This document shows, piece after piece, positions 12,771 to 20,679 of a stretch of DNA of 64,000 bases (the first letter of the stretch is position 1; each line of letters begins with the position of its first letter). The notes under the pieces are model-generated. The model was not told the origin of the DNA, searched no databases, and was given only the letters and a program-made list of their open reading frames with translations. Location: positions 1,391,545 through 1,455,544 of the forward strand of contig OZ242348.1 in the NCBI GenBank assembly GCA_965208625.1, written 5' to 3'. This DNA is from Dehalococcoidia bacterium (GTDB taxonomy: Bacteria > Chloroflexota > Dehalococcoidia > Lucifugimonadales > Australimonadaceae). The translations under genes and the position numbers were made by a program.

Positions 12771-13294
12771 TTAGGGTGAGGGCCCTGCTTGGGTGGAGTG
12801 GGGAGATTTGAACGACGGTCCACCCAGCGCAGCCTCCATCGGCGTCGAGATGATGCCGCCCACGGTCTGTTCCTCCCCGGTCGGCGCGAAGCCCACGCGA
12901 GCGTAGAATGGGACGGCGTAGCGGTCGCATTGACCGTGACGCGCTCGGCGGCCGGATCGTTCTGGCGCGCGATGTCCAGCAGCCGTCTCACCAGTTCCCG
13001 CCCGACGCCCCGCCCGTGCATCGCCTCCTCCACGAAGAGCAGGCCGATGTGGGGTACCTCACGGCGGCGCCCGATCCAGCCCATGCCGACCAACCGCACT
13101 CCGGCAACGGCGACGAGTGTGCCCTGCCGCCGCTCGGGTTCGCCTAGCCGTGCTGACGATGCGTAATCGCTGAACGTCTTCCTGCCTTCATCAGTGAGGT
13201 CCGGCGCGACGAATTCGGCGAAGGCGCGCATCACCAGCCGGGATAGCTCCTCCTCTTCTCCCGCCCGCATGAGTCTGTAGCTGGCTTCAGGCAT
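12771..13294 (-). pseudogene. GNAT-family N-acetyltransferase with an apparent 1-nt frameshift near 12920-12928
   Basis: The N-terminal 124 codons (MPEASYRLMR...GRGVGRELVRRLLDIARQ...VTVNA) are in one frame. The expected GNAT C-terminus YAVPFYARVGFAPTGEEQTVGG...* is open in the adjacent frame down to TAA at 12771-12773. The span is 524 nt, which is not a multiple of 3. Confidence 0.6.
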
Positions 13295-13418
13295 GCAATT
13301 CATCTCCTGCTCAAAGGATAGCCGACCCAACCTCACCTCCCACACGCACACCCACCCCCGCTCGTGGTAAAACAGAAGCCGCCCCCAAGCGACACGACCA
13401 CCAAAGGAGAACAACCAC

Positions 13419-14369
13419 ATGATCCTGATCATCGGCGGAATGGGTTTCATCGGACTGAACACCGCGCTGCGCCTGCTGGACACCGGCGAGAGCGTCGTCA
13501 TCACGCAGCACAGCGCACACCGCGTGCCGGACGCGCTGACCCCGTACTTGAACGACCGCGCGTTCGTCGACCGCATGGACGTCACGAAACTGTACGAGGT
13601 GATGGACGTCGCGAGCCGCCACAAGGTGGACAGCATCATCTCGTTCGCCGCCCCGCCCGCGCGCGGCATCAGTCCGCAGGAGGACTACCGCATCTACACC
13701 GCCGGGCTGCAGAACACCCTGGAGGCGGCGCGCATCCTCGGCATGCGCCGCGTCTCGCTCGCCAGCTCCACGTCCGTCTACGGCAGCATCCCGCAGGGCC
13801 CGTTCCGCGAGGACATGCCCTTGCCCATCCACTCCGGCACGCAGGTGGAAGCGTTCAAGAAAGGCATGGAGATCCACGCGTTCCACTACGCCGCGCGCGC
13901 AGGGGTCGATGTCGTCTCGCTCCGCATCGGCAGCATCTACGGCCCCTACTACTACAGCATGTTCAACCCCATGAGCCGCATGTGCCACGCCGCCCTCAAG
14001 GGCGAGGACCCCGACTTCTCCGACAGGCCCGGCGGCACGATCAAAGAAGACGACGAGGGCGACTGGACGTACGTCGGCGACCTCGCGCGGGGCATCCAGC
14101 TCGTACACACCGCCGGCTCCCTGTCCCACGACACCTACAACATCGGCTCCGGCGCGGCCACGTCGACGAAGCGCGTCCTGGAGGCCGTGCAGAAGTCCCT
14201 GTCGGACGCTGTCTGCTCCGCCCTCAAACCCGGACGCACCCCCTCGAACGCCCACAACCCCGTCATGGACCTCTCCCGCATCGGCGAAGACGTCGGCTAC
14301 GCCCCCGAACACGACATAGACTCCGGCATCGCCGCCTACGTCGAGCACCTCCGCCACAACGCCCAGTAG
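13419..14369 (+). CDS. NAD-dependent epimerase/dehydratase (extended SDR)
   Basis: 316 aa. N-terminal Rossmann motif MILIIGGMGFIGLNTALRLL. Confidence 0.85.
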   Translation: MILIIGGMGFIGLNTALRLLDTGESVVITQHSAHRVPDALTPYLNDRAFVDRMDVTKLYEVMDVASRHKVDSIISFAAPPARGISPQEDYRIYTAGLQNTLEAARILGMRRVSLASSTSVYGSIPQGPFREDMPLPIHSGTQVEAFKKGMEIHAFHYAARAGVDVVSLRIGSIYGPYYYSMFNPMSRMCHAALKGEDPDFSDRPGGTIKEDDEGDWTYVGDLARGIQLVHTAGSLSHDTYNIGSGAATSTKRVLEAVQKSLSDAVCSALKPGRTPSNAHNPVMDLSRIGEDVGYAPEHDIDSGIAAYVEHLRHNAQ

Positions 14370-14705
14370 CCCCTCCCCGCTCATGGTGAGCCTGTCGAAC
14401 CCATCCTGCGAAGGCAGGAACCTCGCCCCCCGTCTGGTGTAGGGGCATCCCTTGTGGGTGCCCTTGCCCTCGCCTGCCGTAGGGGCGGTTCGCGAACCGC
14501 CCTCCCCCCGTCGTTCCCGCGCTTTAGCGCGCCGAAGGCAGGAACCTCGCCCCCTGTCCGGTGTAGGGGCATCCCCTTGTGGGTGCCCTTCCCCCCGCCC
14601 TGCCGTAGGGGTGGTTCGCGAACCGCCCTGCCCCCACCCGCGCTCACGATGCCGCCCTCCGCTCATGGTGCCCCCTTCTCCGCTCATGGTGAGCCTGTCG
14701 AACCA
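14370..14705. repeat. composite repeat: A-(B-C-D)-(B'-C-D)-A-A arrangement of hairpin modules
   Basis: A = CCGCTCATGGTGAGCCTGTCGAACC. B = CCTGCGAAGGCAGGAACC. C = GTAGGGGCATCCCTTGTGGGTGCCC. D = GTAGGGGCGGTTCGCGAACCGCCC. The B-C-D unit occurs twice in tandem. Confidence 0.9.
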
Positions 14706-14712
14706 CCCGCAT

Positions 14713-14728
14713 TGTCACATTTGTGACA
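14713..14728. promoter_or_regulatory. perfect 16-bp palindrome TGTCACA-TT-TGTGACA (operator-like)
   Basis: Read directly from the sequence. It lies in the lower-G+C stretch upstream of the HTH gene and overlaps TTGTCA/TTGTGA -35-like hexamers. Confidence 0.45.
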
Positions 14729-14812
14729 TCCGCCCATTGCGCCAACGATGCCACCCTCCCTACCCTGTAAGTGCGTCCCCCGCAGACGCCAGCAACACAC
14801 CGATGGAGGGAG

Positions 14813-14947
14813 TGAGCAGAAATGAGCGGAAAAAGGCAGAAACAGATACGAAAAGAGCAGCGAATGAGCAGTAATGAGCAGTCGGACTGCTCACCCGAAA
14901 CGCCGGATTAAGGAGTGACGGACCACCCTGTGAGCAGAAATGAGCAG
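14813..14947 (+). repeat. iteron-like TGAGCAG repeats in three pairs phased 10 bp apart
   Basis: TGAGCAG or variants at 14813, 14823 (TGAGCGG), 14854 (AGAGCAG), 14865, 14875, 14931 and 14941. One inverted copy, CTGCTCA, at 14887. Confidence 0.7.
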
Positions 14948-15328
14948 AAATTCCCTGCGGAGCTTTCCGATAGGCAGGTTTCCGCGCTTCCCTATCTTGC
15001 CGCAGCCGACACCTATACGGAGGGCGCGAAGAGGGCGGAGATCAGCATATCCACGCTGACGCGCTGGCGGCAGGACTCCGTCTTCCGTGATGAACTCCGG
15101 CGGCGGCGCGAGGACGAGGCCAGCCTGGCGCGCACGGAACTCAACGGGCTCGCCCTCAAGAGCATGGAAGCGCTCGCCGTCCTCCTCCAGGACCCCAACC
15201 CCCGCGTCAGGGCAGAGGCCGTCCGCATCGCTCTCAGTGTCGGCATCAAGGTGGAAGAGACCGCGAGGAATGCCCGCCGTCTCAACCAGATTCAGAAGGC
15301 CCTCACCCTGCTCAAGAACGTCAAGTAA
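14915..15328 (+). CDS. hypothetical helix-turn-helix protein (small-terminase/homeodomain-like N-terminus, HEAT-like C-terminus)
   Basis: 137 aa. EGAKRAEISISTLTRWRQD looks like an HTH and DPNPRVRAEAVRIAL is HEAT-like. The start is ambiguous (GTG 14915 overlaps the AAGGAG; GTG 14930 is the alternative). Confidence 0.55.
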   Translation: MTDHPVSRNEQKFPAELSDRQVSALPYLAAADTYTEGAKRAEISISTLTRWRQDSVFRDELRRRREDEASLARTELNGLALKSMEALAVLLQDPNPRVRAEAVRIALSVGIKVEETARNARRLNQIQKALTLLKNVK

Positions 15329-15339
15329 GGAGGCCCCGG

Positions 15340-15726
15340 ATGCCCAACGGACTGGATGCCCTGGAACGCTACCTCGTCTGCCAGCTCGCGCAGGTAACCC
15401 TCTACCCCATCGTCGAGGACTACGTCGACCGCTGGCGCGACGCCATGGAGAACGGCAACCCCTTGCCCGATGTGCTGGATATCGTCGAAGCCGCCGCCGA
15501 GGAGGACGTTCCCATCCTCACCATCGCCTCCGTGGACCCGTACCTGCGGGGGTGCGCGAAGGATGGCCGCATCCCCGACCCCGCCCGCGTCGTCACCGCC
15601 ATCGTTCACGGCTTCGCGGAAGTGCGCTTCGCCATGGACAGGAACTGCCGCTGCCCCGCGCGTCAGCAACTCGGGGAACCCCGCCTCTTCCCCTCCGCAC
15701 GCCTCGCCTTCTTCGACGATGCATGA
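15340..15726 (+). CDS. hypothetical protein
   Basis: 128 aa. The ATG is 11 nt after the preceding stop, with AAGGAGG upstream. No motif recognised. Confidence 0.5.
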   Translation: MPNGLDALERYLVCQLAQVTLYPIVEDYVDRWRDAMENGNPLPDVLDIVEAAAEEDVPILTIASVDPYLRGCAKDGRIPDPARVVTAIVHGFAEVRFAMDRNCRCPARQQLGEPRLFPSARLAFFDDA

Positions 15727-15965
15727 CTCCGTCATTCCCGCGAAAGCGGGAACCTCGTCCCCTGTCCGGTGTAGGGGCATCCCTTGTGGGTGCCCTTGCC
15801 CCCGCCGGCGTAGGGGCGGTTCGCGAACCGCCCTGTCCCCACCCCCCGCTCATGGTCGGGGGTGCCCGCTCATGGTGCCCCCTCCGTCCCTTGTGGGCGC
15901 CCGTTCTCCCACCTCTCCCCTCGGGGGAGGTCGACGCGCTTTAGCGCGCGGTGAGGGGTGGGCGC
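15727..15965. repeat. composite repeat (B''-C-D-A-A plus CCCCTC/GGGGAGG and GCGCTTTAGCGCGC modules)
   Basis: 15749-15882 aligns by eye with 14541-14675, with roughly nine of ten positions identical over the first ~100 nt. Confidence 0.9.
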
Positions 15966-15968
15966 CCC

Positions 15969-17846
15969 CTACCGGTCCGTGCGGTACACGTACCGGTCGT
16001 CCCACAGGCCGTAGAGCGTGGGCGTGACGTTGCCGAACACGTTGCGCACCGCGGTCAGCCGCTCCGACAGCGACGTGTAGACGACGGGCGCCTGCTCCGC
16101 CGCGATCTCCTGTGCCCGGTGATACATCCGCACGCGCTCCTCGTGGTCCAGCTCCTGGCTCGCCGCCGTGAACAGCTCGTCGATCTCCGCTTCCCACGCC
16201 GTCGCCGGCTCCGGCTGGTTCGGGTACCACAGGTGGAAGTCCGCGTCGCTGTGCCAGAACGTGATGGCGCCGTACGGGTCCGGCCCGCCGGTGAAGCCGA
16301 TCACGACCGCCTCCCAGTCGTACGTCGCGGTCAACTGACCGACGAGCAGGCCGAAGTCGATGACCTGGAGGTCCACGTCGAGGCCGATGCTCCGCATCCC
16401 GTCCGCGACGATGCCCGTGGCCCGCTCGCGCACGGTGTTGCCCTCGTTCGTCACGAGCGTGAACGCGATGGGGTTGCCGTCTGCGTCCTCGCGCACGCCG
16501 TCGCCGTCCGCGTCCGTCCAGCCGAGGCCGTCGAGCAGCGTGTTCGCCGCGTCGAGATCGTACTCGTACCGCCGGACGTCCGGGTTGTGGAAGTCGCCCG
16601 TGGCGGGGCTGATGGACGACCACTGCGGGTAGCCGAGTCCGCCAAGCGTCTCCTCGACGACCCGCTCCTTGTCCACACTGTGCGCGACCGCCTGCCGGAA
16701 CTCGAGGGTGTCGAACCACGCCCGCGCCTCGGGCCGTACGTACAGATCCCCGTCCGGGTTCGTGCCGGGGTGCACGTTGAACGTCAGGAACGTCGTGCCG
16801 AAGCCGGGGCCGCGCCGGTAGATGGTGAAGTTGCCCTCCTCCTGCAGCGGCTCCAGCACGGGGTGCTCCTCGCCGAGCACGCCGTGCGCGTCCGTCTCGC
16901 CCGCTTGGAACAGCTCCAACTCCTCCTCCAGCGTATCGACGACGAGGTAGACGATCTCGTCGATGTACGGGAGGCTCTTGCCCGCGCTGTCCCGCATCCA
17001 GTAGTCCGGATTGCGCCCGAGCGTGACCCGCTCGCCCGGCGTATAGCTCGTGATGGTGAGCGGCCCGGTGCCGATGACCTCCGACGGGTCCGTGTCGACG
17101 TCCCAGACCTCCTCGAACGTGCCCGCGTCCACGTACGGTTCGAGGAGGTGCCTCGGGTAGATGGCGGTGCCCATCGAGCGGAGGAACGGCGCGTAGGAGA
17201 CGGGCAGCACGAACCGCACCGTGTAGTCGTCCAGCGCGGTCACGGTCATCCGCCCGTCCGTCAGCTCGCCGGTCTCCTCGTCCGTGTAGACGAAGATGAA
17301 CGGCTCACGGCTGGAAGTCGGGATGTCGTCGTTGTAGATGATGCGGTTGAACGTGAAGTCCACGTCCCGCGCGGTGAACGGCTCGCCGTCGTGCCAGGAG
17401 ACGTCGCGCCGCAGGCGGAACGTCCACTCCTTGCCGTCGTCCGAGTGCTCCCACGACTCCGCGAGCAACGGTTCGATTGCGTCGTTCAGCCACGAGGTCT
17501 CGGTCAGCCCCTCGAACACGTAGCTCAGGTAGCCGGACGAACTCGCGTCGTTCGTGAGCGGCAGGTTGAATGTCAGCGGCTCGCCGATCGTCGAGTACGT
17601 GATCGTCCCGCCGTGCGTGCCGACGGCGTACTCGAAGCTCTCGGCGTTGCCGCGCAGCCGCGCAACGATCTCCTCCTGCGTCTCCGGGCCGGGCTCGGGA
17701 GTGGCCGCAGGCGTCGGTGTTGGTTCGGGAGTCGGCGTCGGCTCGGGCGTGGCAGTCGGGTCGTCGCTGTCGCAAGCGCCCAGCACGAGCGCGCTGAGCA
17801 GCGCCGCCGCAAGGATGAGGAGTATCGCCTTCCGTGTCCGTATCAT
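15969..17846 (-). CDS. ABC transporter substrate-binding lipoprotein, family 5 (peptide/nickel type)
   Basis: ATG 17846 is preferred (GGAGG upstream). Signal and lipobox are LLSALVLGAC, followed by a TPEPTP linker. The length and sequence are typical of DppA/OppA-like proteins. No permease or ATPase genes nearby. Confidence 0.85.
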   Translation of the reverse strand: MIRTRKAILLILAAALLSALVLGACDSDDPTATPEPTPTPEPTPTPAATPEPGPETQEEIVARLRGNAESFEYAVGTHGGTITYSTIGEPLTFNLPLTNDASSSGYLSYVFEGLTETSWLNDAIEPLLAESWEHSDDGKEWTFRLRRDVSWHDGEPFTARDVDFTFNRIIYNDDIPTSSREPFIFVYTDEETGELTDGRMTVTALDDYTVRFVLPVSYAPFLRSMGTAIYPRHLLEPYVDAGTFEEVWDVDTDPSEVIGTGPLTITSYTPGERVTLGRNPDYWMRDSAGKSLPYIDEIVYLVVDTLEEELELFQAGETDAHGVLGEEHPVLEPLQEEGNFTIYRRGPGFGTTFLTFNVHPGTNPDGDLYVRPEARAWFDTLEFRQAVAHSVDKERVVEETLGGLGYPQWSSISPATGDFHNPDVRRYEYDLDAANTLLDGLGWTDADGDGVREDADGNPIAFTLVTNEGNTVRERATGIVADGMRSIGLDVDLQVIDFGLLVGQLTATYDWEAVVIGFTGGPDPYGAITFWHSDADFHLWYPNQPEPATAWEAEIDELFTAASQELDHEERVRMYHRAQEIAAEQAPVVYTSLSERLTAVRNVFGNVTPTLYGLWDDRYVYRTDR

Positions 17847-17884
17847 GCTGCCTCCATCATGAGGTATCTGCTCTTCGCCGTCCT

Positions 17885-17995
17885 GGGGGAGTGCAGAGGG
17901 GAGTATCCCCGCTGCCACGGGCTAAGCCCGCGGCGTGGGGGTGTCCCCCAGGCCTGTCCTGAGCCTGCCGAAGGGCGTTCGGGTGGGTGAGTGGG
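17885..17995. repeat. cluster of G+C-rich hairpin modules
   Basis: CACGGGCTAAGCCCGCGG, GGGGGTGTCCCCC and CCTGAGCCTGCCGAAGGGC modules. Confidence 0.6.
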
Positions 17996-18133
17996 AAGAA
18001 CAACGCTTGCCAGGGCAGGTTACGCAAAGGTCTCTCGTGCGGACTGACGCTTGCCCACAGGCCGGTTGTCCGGGCGCGGGAACCGATGCAGTATAGTGCA
18101 GGCACTGCTGGAGGTTCGCCGAGGAGGAGAGCG

Positions 18134-18670
18134 ATGGCCATCGAGATCAACCCGTTCCAACTGCCGGACGACCAGAAGGGCTGGCGCGGCATGGAGGTCC
18201 ACGGACGCCCGCGACGGCGCGTCTACACCGTGCTCGAGACCGACCAGGTGCTCGTCACCGCGCTCCTCCAGATACCCGGCGAGCCGGGCGTGCGCCACAG
18301 CCACGAGACCGGCGAGCTCTCCTTCCGCTGGGGCGGCGACATGACCCCGTTCATCACGTGGCACCCGCCCGGCGAATGGCACGGCGGCATCGCCGAGGTC
18401 CGCGCCGGCAAGGCCCAGGAGGTCGCCGACGGCGTCGCGCTGCTGCGTTCCCAACTGATGAGCGGCGCGGCGGAGGTGGAGTCGCTGCTCCGCATCGCCG
18501 AAACGCTCCAGGAGCAGATCGACGCGCTGCAACACCAGGCGCGCAACGCCAAGGGCCCCGCGGGAGGCCCCGGCCTGCTGATAGACCTCCTCTTCCCGCC
18601 CTTCAAGACGACGATAGACGACCCCACCTACCCCGAGGTGCGCACCATCACCGGCCAGTGGTACGACTGA
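18134..18670 (+). CDS. cupin-domain protein
   Basis: GAGGAGGAG upstream of ATG 18134. GEPGVRHSHETGELSFRWGG fits cupin motif 1, G-x5-H-x-H-x3-E-x6-G, exactly. Confidence 0.7.
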   Translation: MAIEINPFQLPDDQKGWRGMEVHGRPRRRVYTVLETDQVLVTALLQIPGEPGVRHSHETGELSFRWGGDMTPFITWHPPGEWHGGIAEVRAGKAQEVADGVALLRSQLMSGAAEVESLLRIAETLQEQIDALQHQARNAKGPAGGPGLLIDLLFPPFKTTIDDPTYPEVRTITGQWYD

Positions 18671-18683
18671 GCGCCCCGTCCGC

Positions 18684-19976
18684 ATGGTCGCATCCGCCCG
18701 AAGCATCCTTGCCCTGCGTCACCGTGTCTTCTACGGCTGGCGCATGGTGGGCGCGGCGTTCTTCAACCAGATCATGCACTCGTCCCTGCTCTTCCTCTCG
18801 CAGGGCTTCTACGTCGTGCAGTTCGAGTCGACGTTCGGGTGGAGCCGGGGCGCGGTCTCATGGGCGTTCGGCCTGCTCCGCATCGAGACCGGACTCCTCG
18901 GCCCCATCCAGGGCTGGCTGCTGGACCGCTTCGGCCCGCGGCCGCTCATGCGCGCCGGCACCCTCCTGTTCGGCGTCGGACTTATCCTGCTCGGACAGAT
19001 ACAGGAGTTGTGGCACCTCTTCGCCGCCCTCACCGTCATCGCCGTAGGCACGAGCCTCGCGAGCTTCCTCACCATCAACACGGCGCTGGCCCACTGGTTC
19101 ATCCGGAAGCGCGCCCGCGCCATGTCCGTCACCTCCATCGGCTTCGCGGGCGGCGCGGTCGTGGCGCCTCTGATCGCATTGTCCATCACGACGTTCGGAT
19201 GGCGGGAGACCGCCGTCTTCTCCGGCATCCTCTCGTTCTGCATCGGCCTTCCGCTCGCCCAGCTCTTCCGGCACAGCCCGCAGGAACTCGGACTGAACCC
19301 GGACGGCGACAGCGATGAGGACGCGGCCCGCCACGCCGCCGCACGCCGCGCCGCGGGCACCGACTACGACTTCACGCTGCGCGAGGCCATCCGCGACCGC
19401 TCCTTCTGGCTCGTCTCCAGCGGGCACGGCCTCGCCCTGCTCGTCGTCGGCACCATCCCCGTGCACCTGGTCCCCCACCTGGTGGAGAGCGACGAGTGGA
19501 ACCTCGCCCGCGCGGCGCTCCTCTTCCCCGGCCTCATGGTCGCGCAGGTCATCGGCCAGGTGAGCGGCGGCATCCTGGGCGACCGCCATCCGAAACGCCT
19601 GCTCGCGGGCCTCGCGATGCTCGGGCACGGCACGGGCATCTGCCTGCTTGCATGGTCCAGCAGTGTGCCGGTAGTGGTGGCGGCGATACTGCTGCACGGC
19701 GTGTCGTGGGGGATGCGCGGCCCCTTGATGATGGCGCTGCGCGCCGACTACTTCGGACTGCGCCAGCTTGGAAAGATCGCCGGATGGTCCAACACCATCA
19801 CGGCAAGCGGCAGCATCATCGGCCCCGTCTACGCCGGCATCATGTACGACGCACGGGGCGACTACGTCTTCGCGTTCCTCTCGCTCGGAATGGTCACGAT
19901 AGCCGGCTCGCTCACGTTCTTCCTCGCCCGCCGCCCCCCGCTCCCCGCGCGGGCCCGCGCCGCGCGGGCGGGCTAG
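18684..19976 (+). CDS. MFS transporter (oxalate/formate antiporter-like)
   Basis: 430 aa, about 12 TM segments. WLLDRFGPRP loop motif. Confidence 0.85.
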   Translation: MVASARSILALRHRVFYGWRMVGAAFFNQIMHSSLLFLSQGFYVVQFESTFGWSRGAVSWAFGLLRIETGLLGPIQGWLLDRFGPRPLMRAGTLLFGVGLILLGQIQELWHLFAALTVIAVGTSLASFLTINTALAHWFIRKRARAMSVTSIGFAGGAVVAPLIALSITTFGWRETAVFSGILSFCIGLPLAQLFRHSPQELGLNPDGDSDEDAARHAAARRAAGTDYDFTLREAIRDRSFWLVSSGHGLALLVVGTIPVHLVPHLVESDEWNLARAALLFPGLMVAQVIGQVSGGILGDRHPKRLLAGLAMLGHGTGICLLAWSSSVPVVVAAILLHGVSWGMRGPLMMALRADYFGLRQLGKIAGWSNTITASGSIIGPVYAGIMYDARGDYVFAFLSLGMVTIAGSLTFFLARRPPLPARARAARAG

Positions 19977-20159
19977 GACTCGCGTTCAGGAGCGGGTGTG
20001 GCTTCGTCAGGTTGCTTGGTGGCGCCACCGGCGATACCCATGCGGAACGGTAAGCGTGAGCGCGATCCGGAATAGCAGGCTGGACACAGTGGCTTGGCAT
20101 ACGTTGTCGGAGACTGCTTGCCGCGCTTATGACAGAATCGAAGCGCCGGACGTGCCCTG

Positions 20160-20660
20160 ATGAAACACCTGATCGTAAGCAGTGCAATCGGTATCGCAGT
20201 CGTGGCAGCCGCCCTATTCGTACTCATGCGCCCTGAGCTCGTACTTATGCGTCCTGAGCCGCCGCTGACGCTGGAGCAGTATCTCGATGCTGCTTACTGT
20301 CCAACTTACGATGCGCTCTGGGGTGAGGAAGGCAAAGAGATCGCTTCCCACTATGTGAACTCATGGGACTACGTGCTGTCGCGTGTACAAGCCGCAGAAC
20401 CACCGCCGGAGCTACGCAGCTTCCACGAAAATATGCTCGAAGGACTCCCGCGGGCAAGTAGAGCATGGGAGGCAATGCCGGAGCCTATCAACGGCAGTAT
20501 AGATGTCTCGAGATGGCCGGAATTTGAAGAATTCACTGAAGCCCTTCGCATATTGCAGCCTGAGAACGCCGGTCTGGATCCGGACGTAGAAGAAGCACTC
20601 AACGTATTCTGCGCTCCACGCATGGAAGAGCCATCGCGCATGACGGAAGAATCACAATGA
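20160..20660 (+). CDS. hypothetical N-terminally membrane-anchored protein (ORFan-like, lower G+C)
   Basis: 166 aa. One N-terminal TM (IVSSAIGIAVVAAALFVL) followed by an acidic soluble part. Third-codon positions are visibly not G/C-dominated. Confidence 0.55.
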   Translation: MKHLIVSSAIGIAVVAAALFVLMRPELVLMRPEPPLTLEQYLDAAYCPTYDALWGEEGKEIASHYVNSWDYVLSRVQAAEPPPELRSFHENMLEGLPRASRAWEAMPEPINGSIDVSRWPEFEEFTEALRILQPENAGLDPDVEEALNVFCAPRMEEPSRMTEESQ

Positions 20661-20679
20661 AGGCGCCGTTGGAGTGCTC

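Noticed and set aside
13311-14687. 458-aa minus-strand ORF
   Set aside because: It is antisense to the epimerase gene and then runs through the hairpin-repeat cluster, giving repetitive pseudo-peptides such as GGSRTAPTAG.
14370-15965. Possible CRISPR array
   Set aside because: The repeats are heterogeneous modules of differing length and order, not a single 25-40-nt repeat at regular spacing. The 'spacer' between the two big copies is a 1-kb coding cassette, and there are no cas genes.
15951-17990. 679-aa ORF on the plus strand
   Set aside because: It is antisense to the family-5 substrate-binding protein gene and continues into repeat DNA. The product is Arg/Val/Asp-rich with no motifs.
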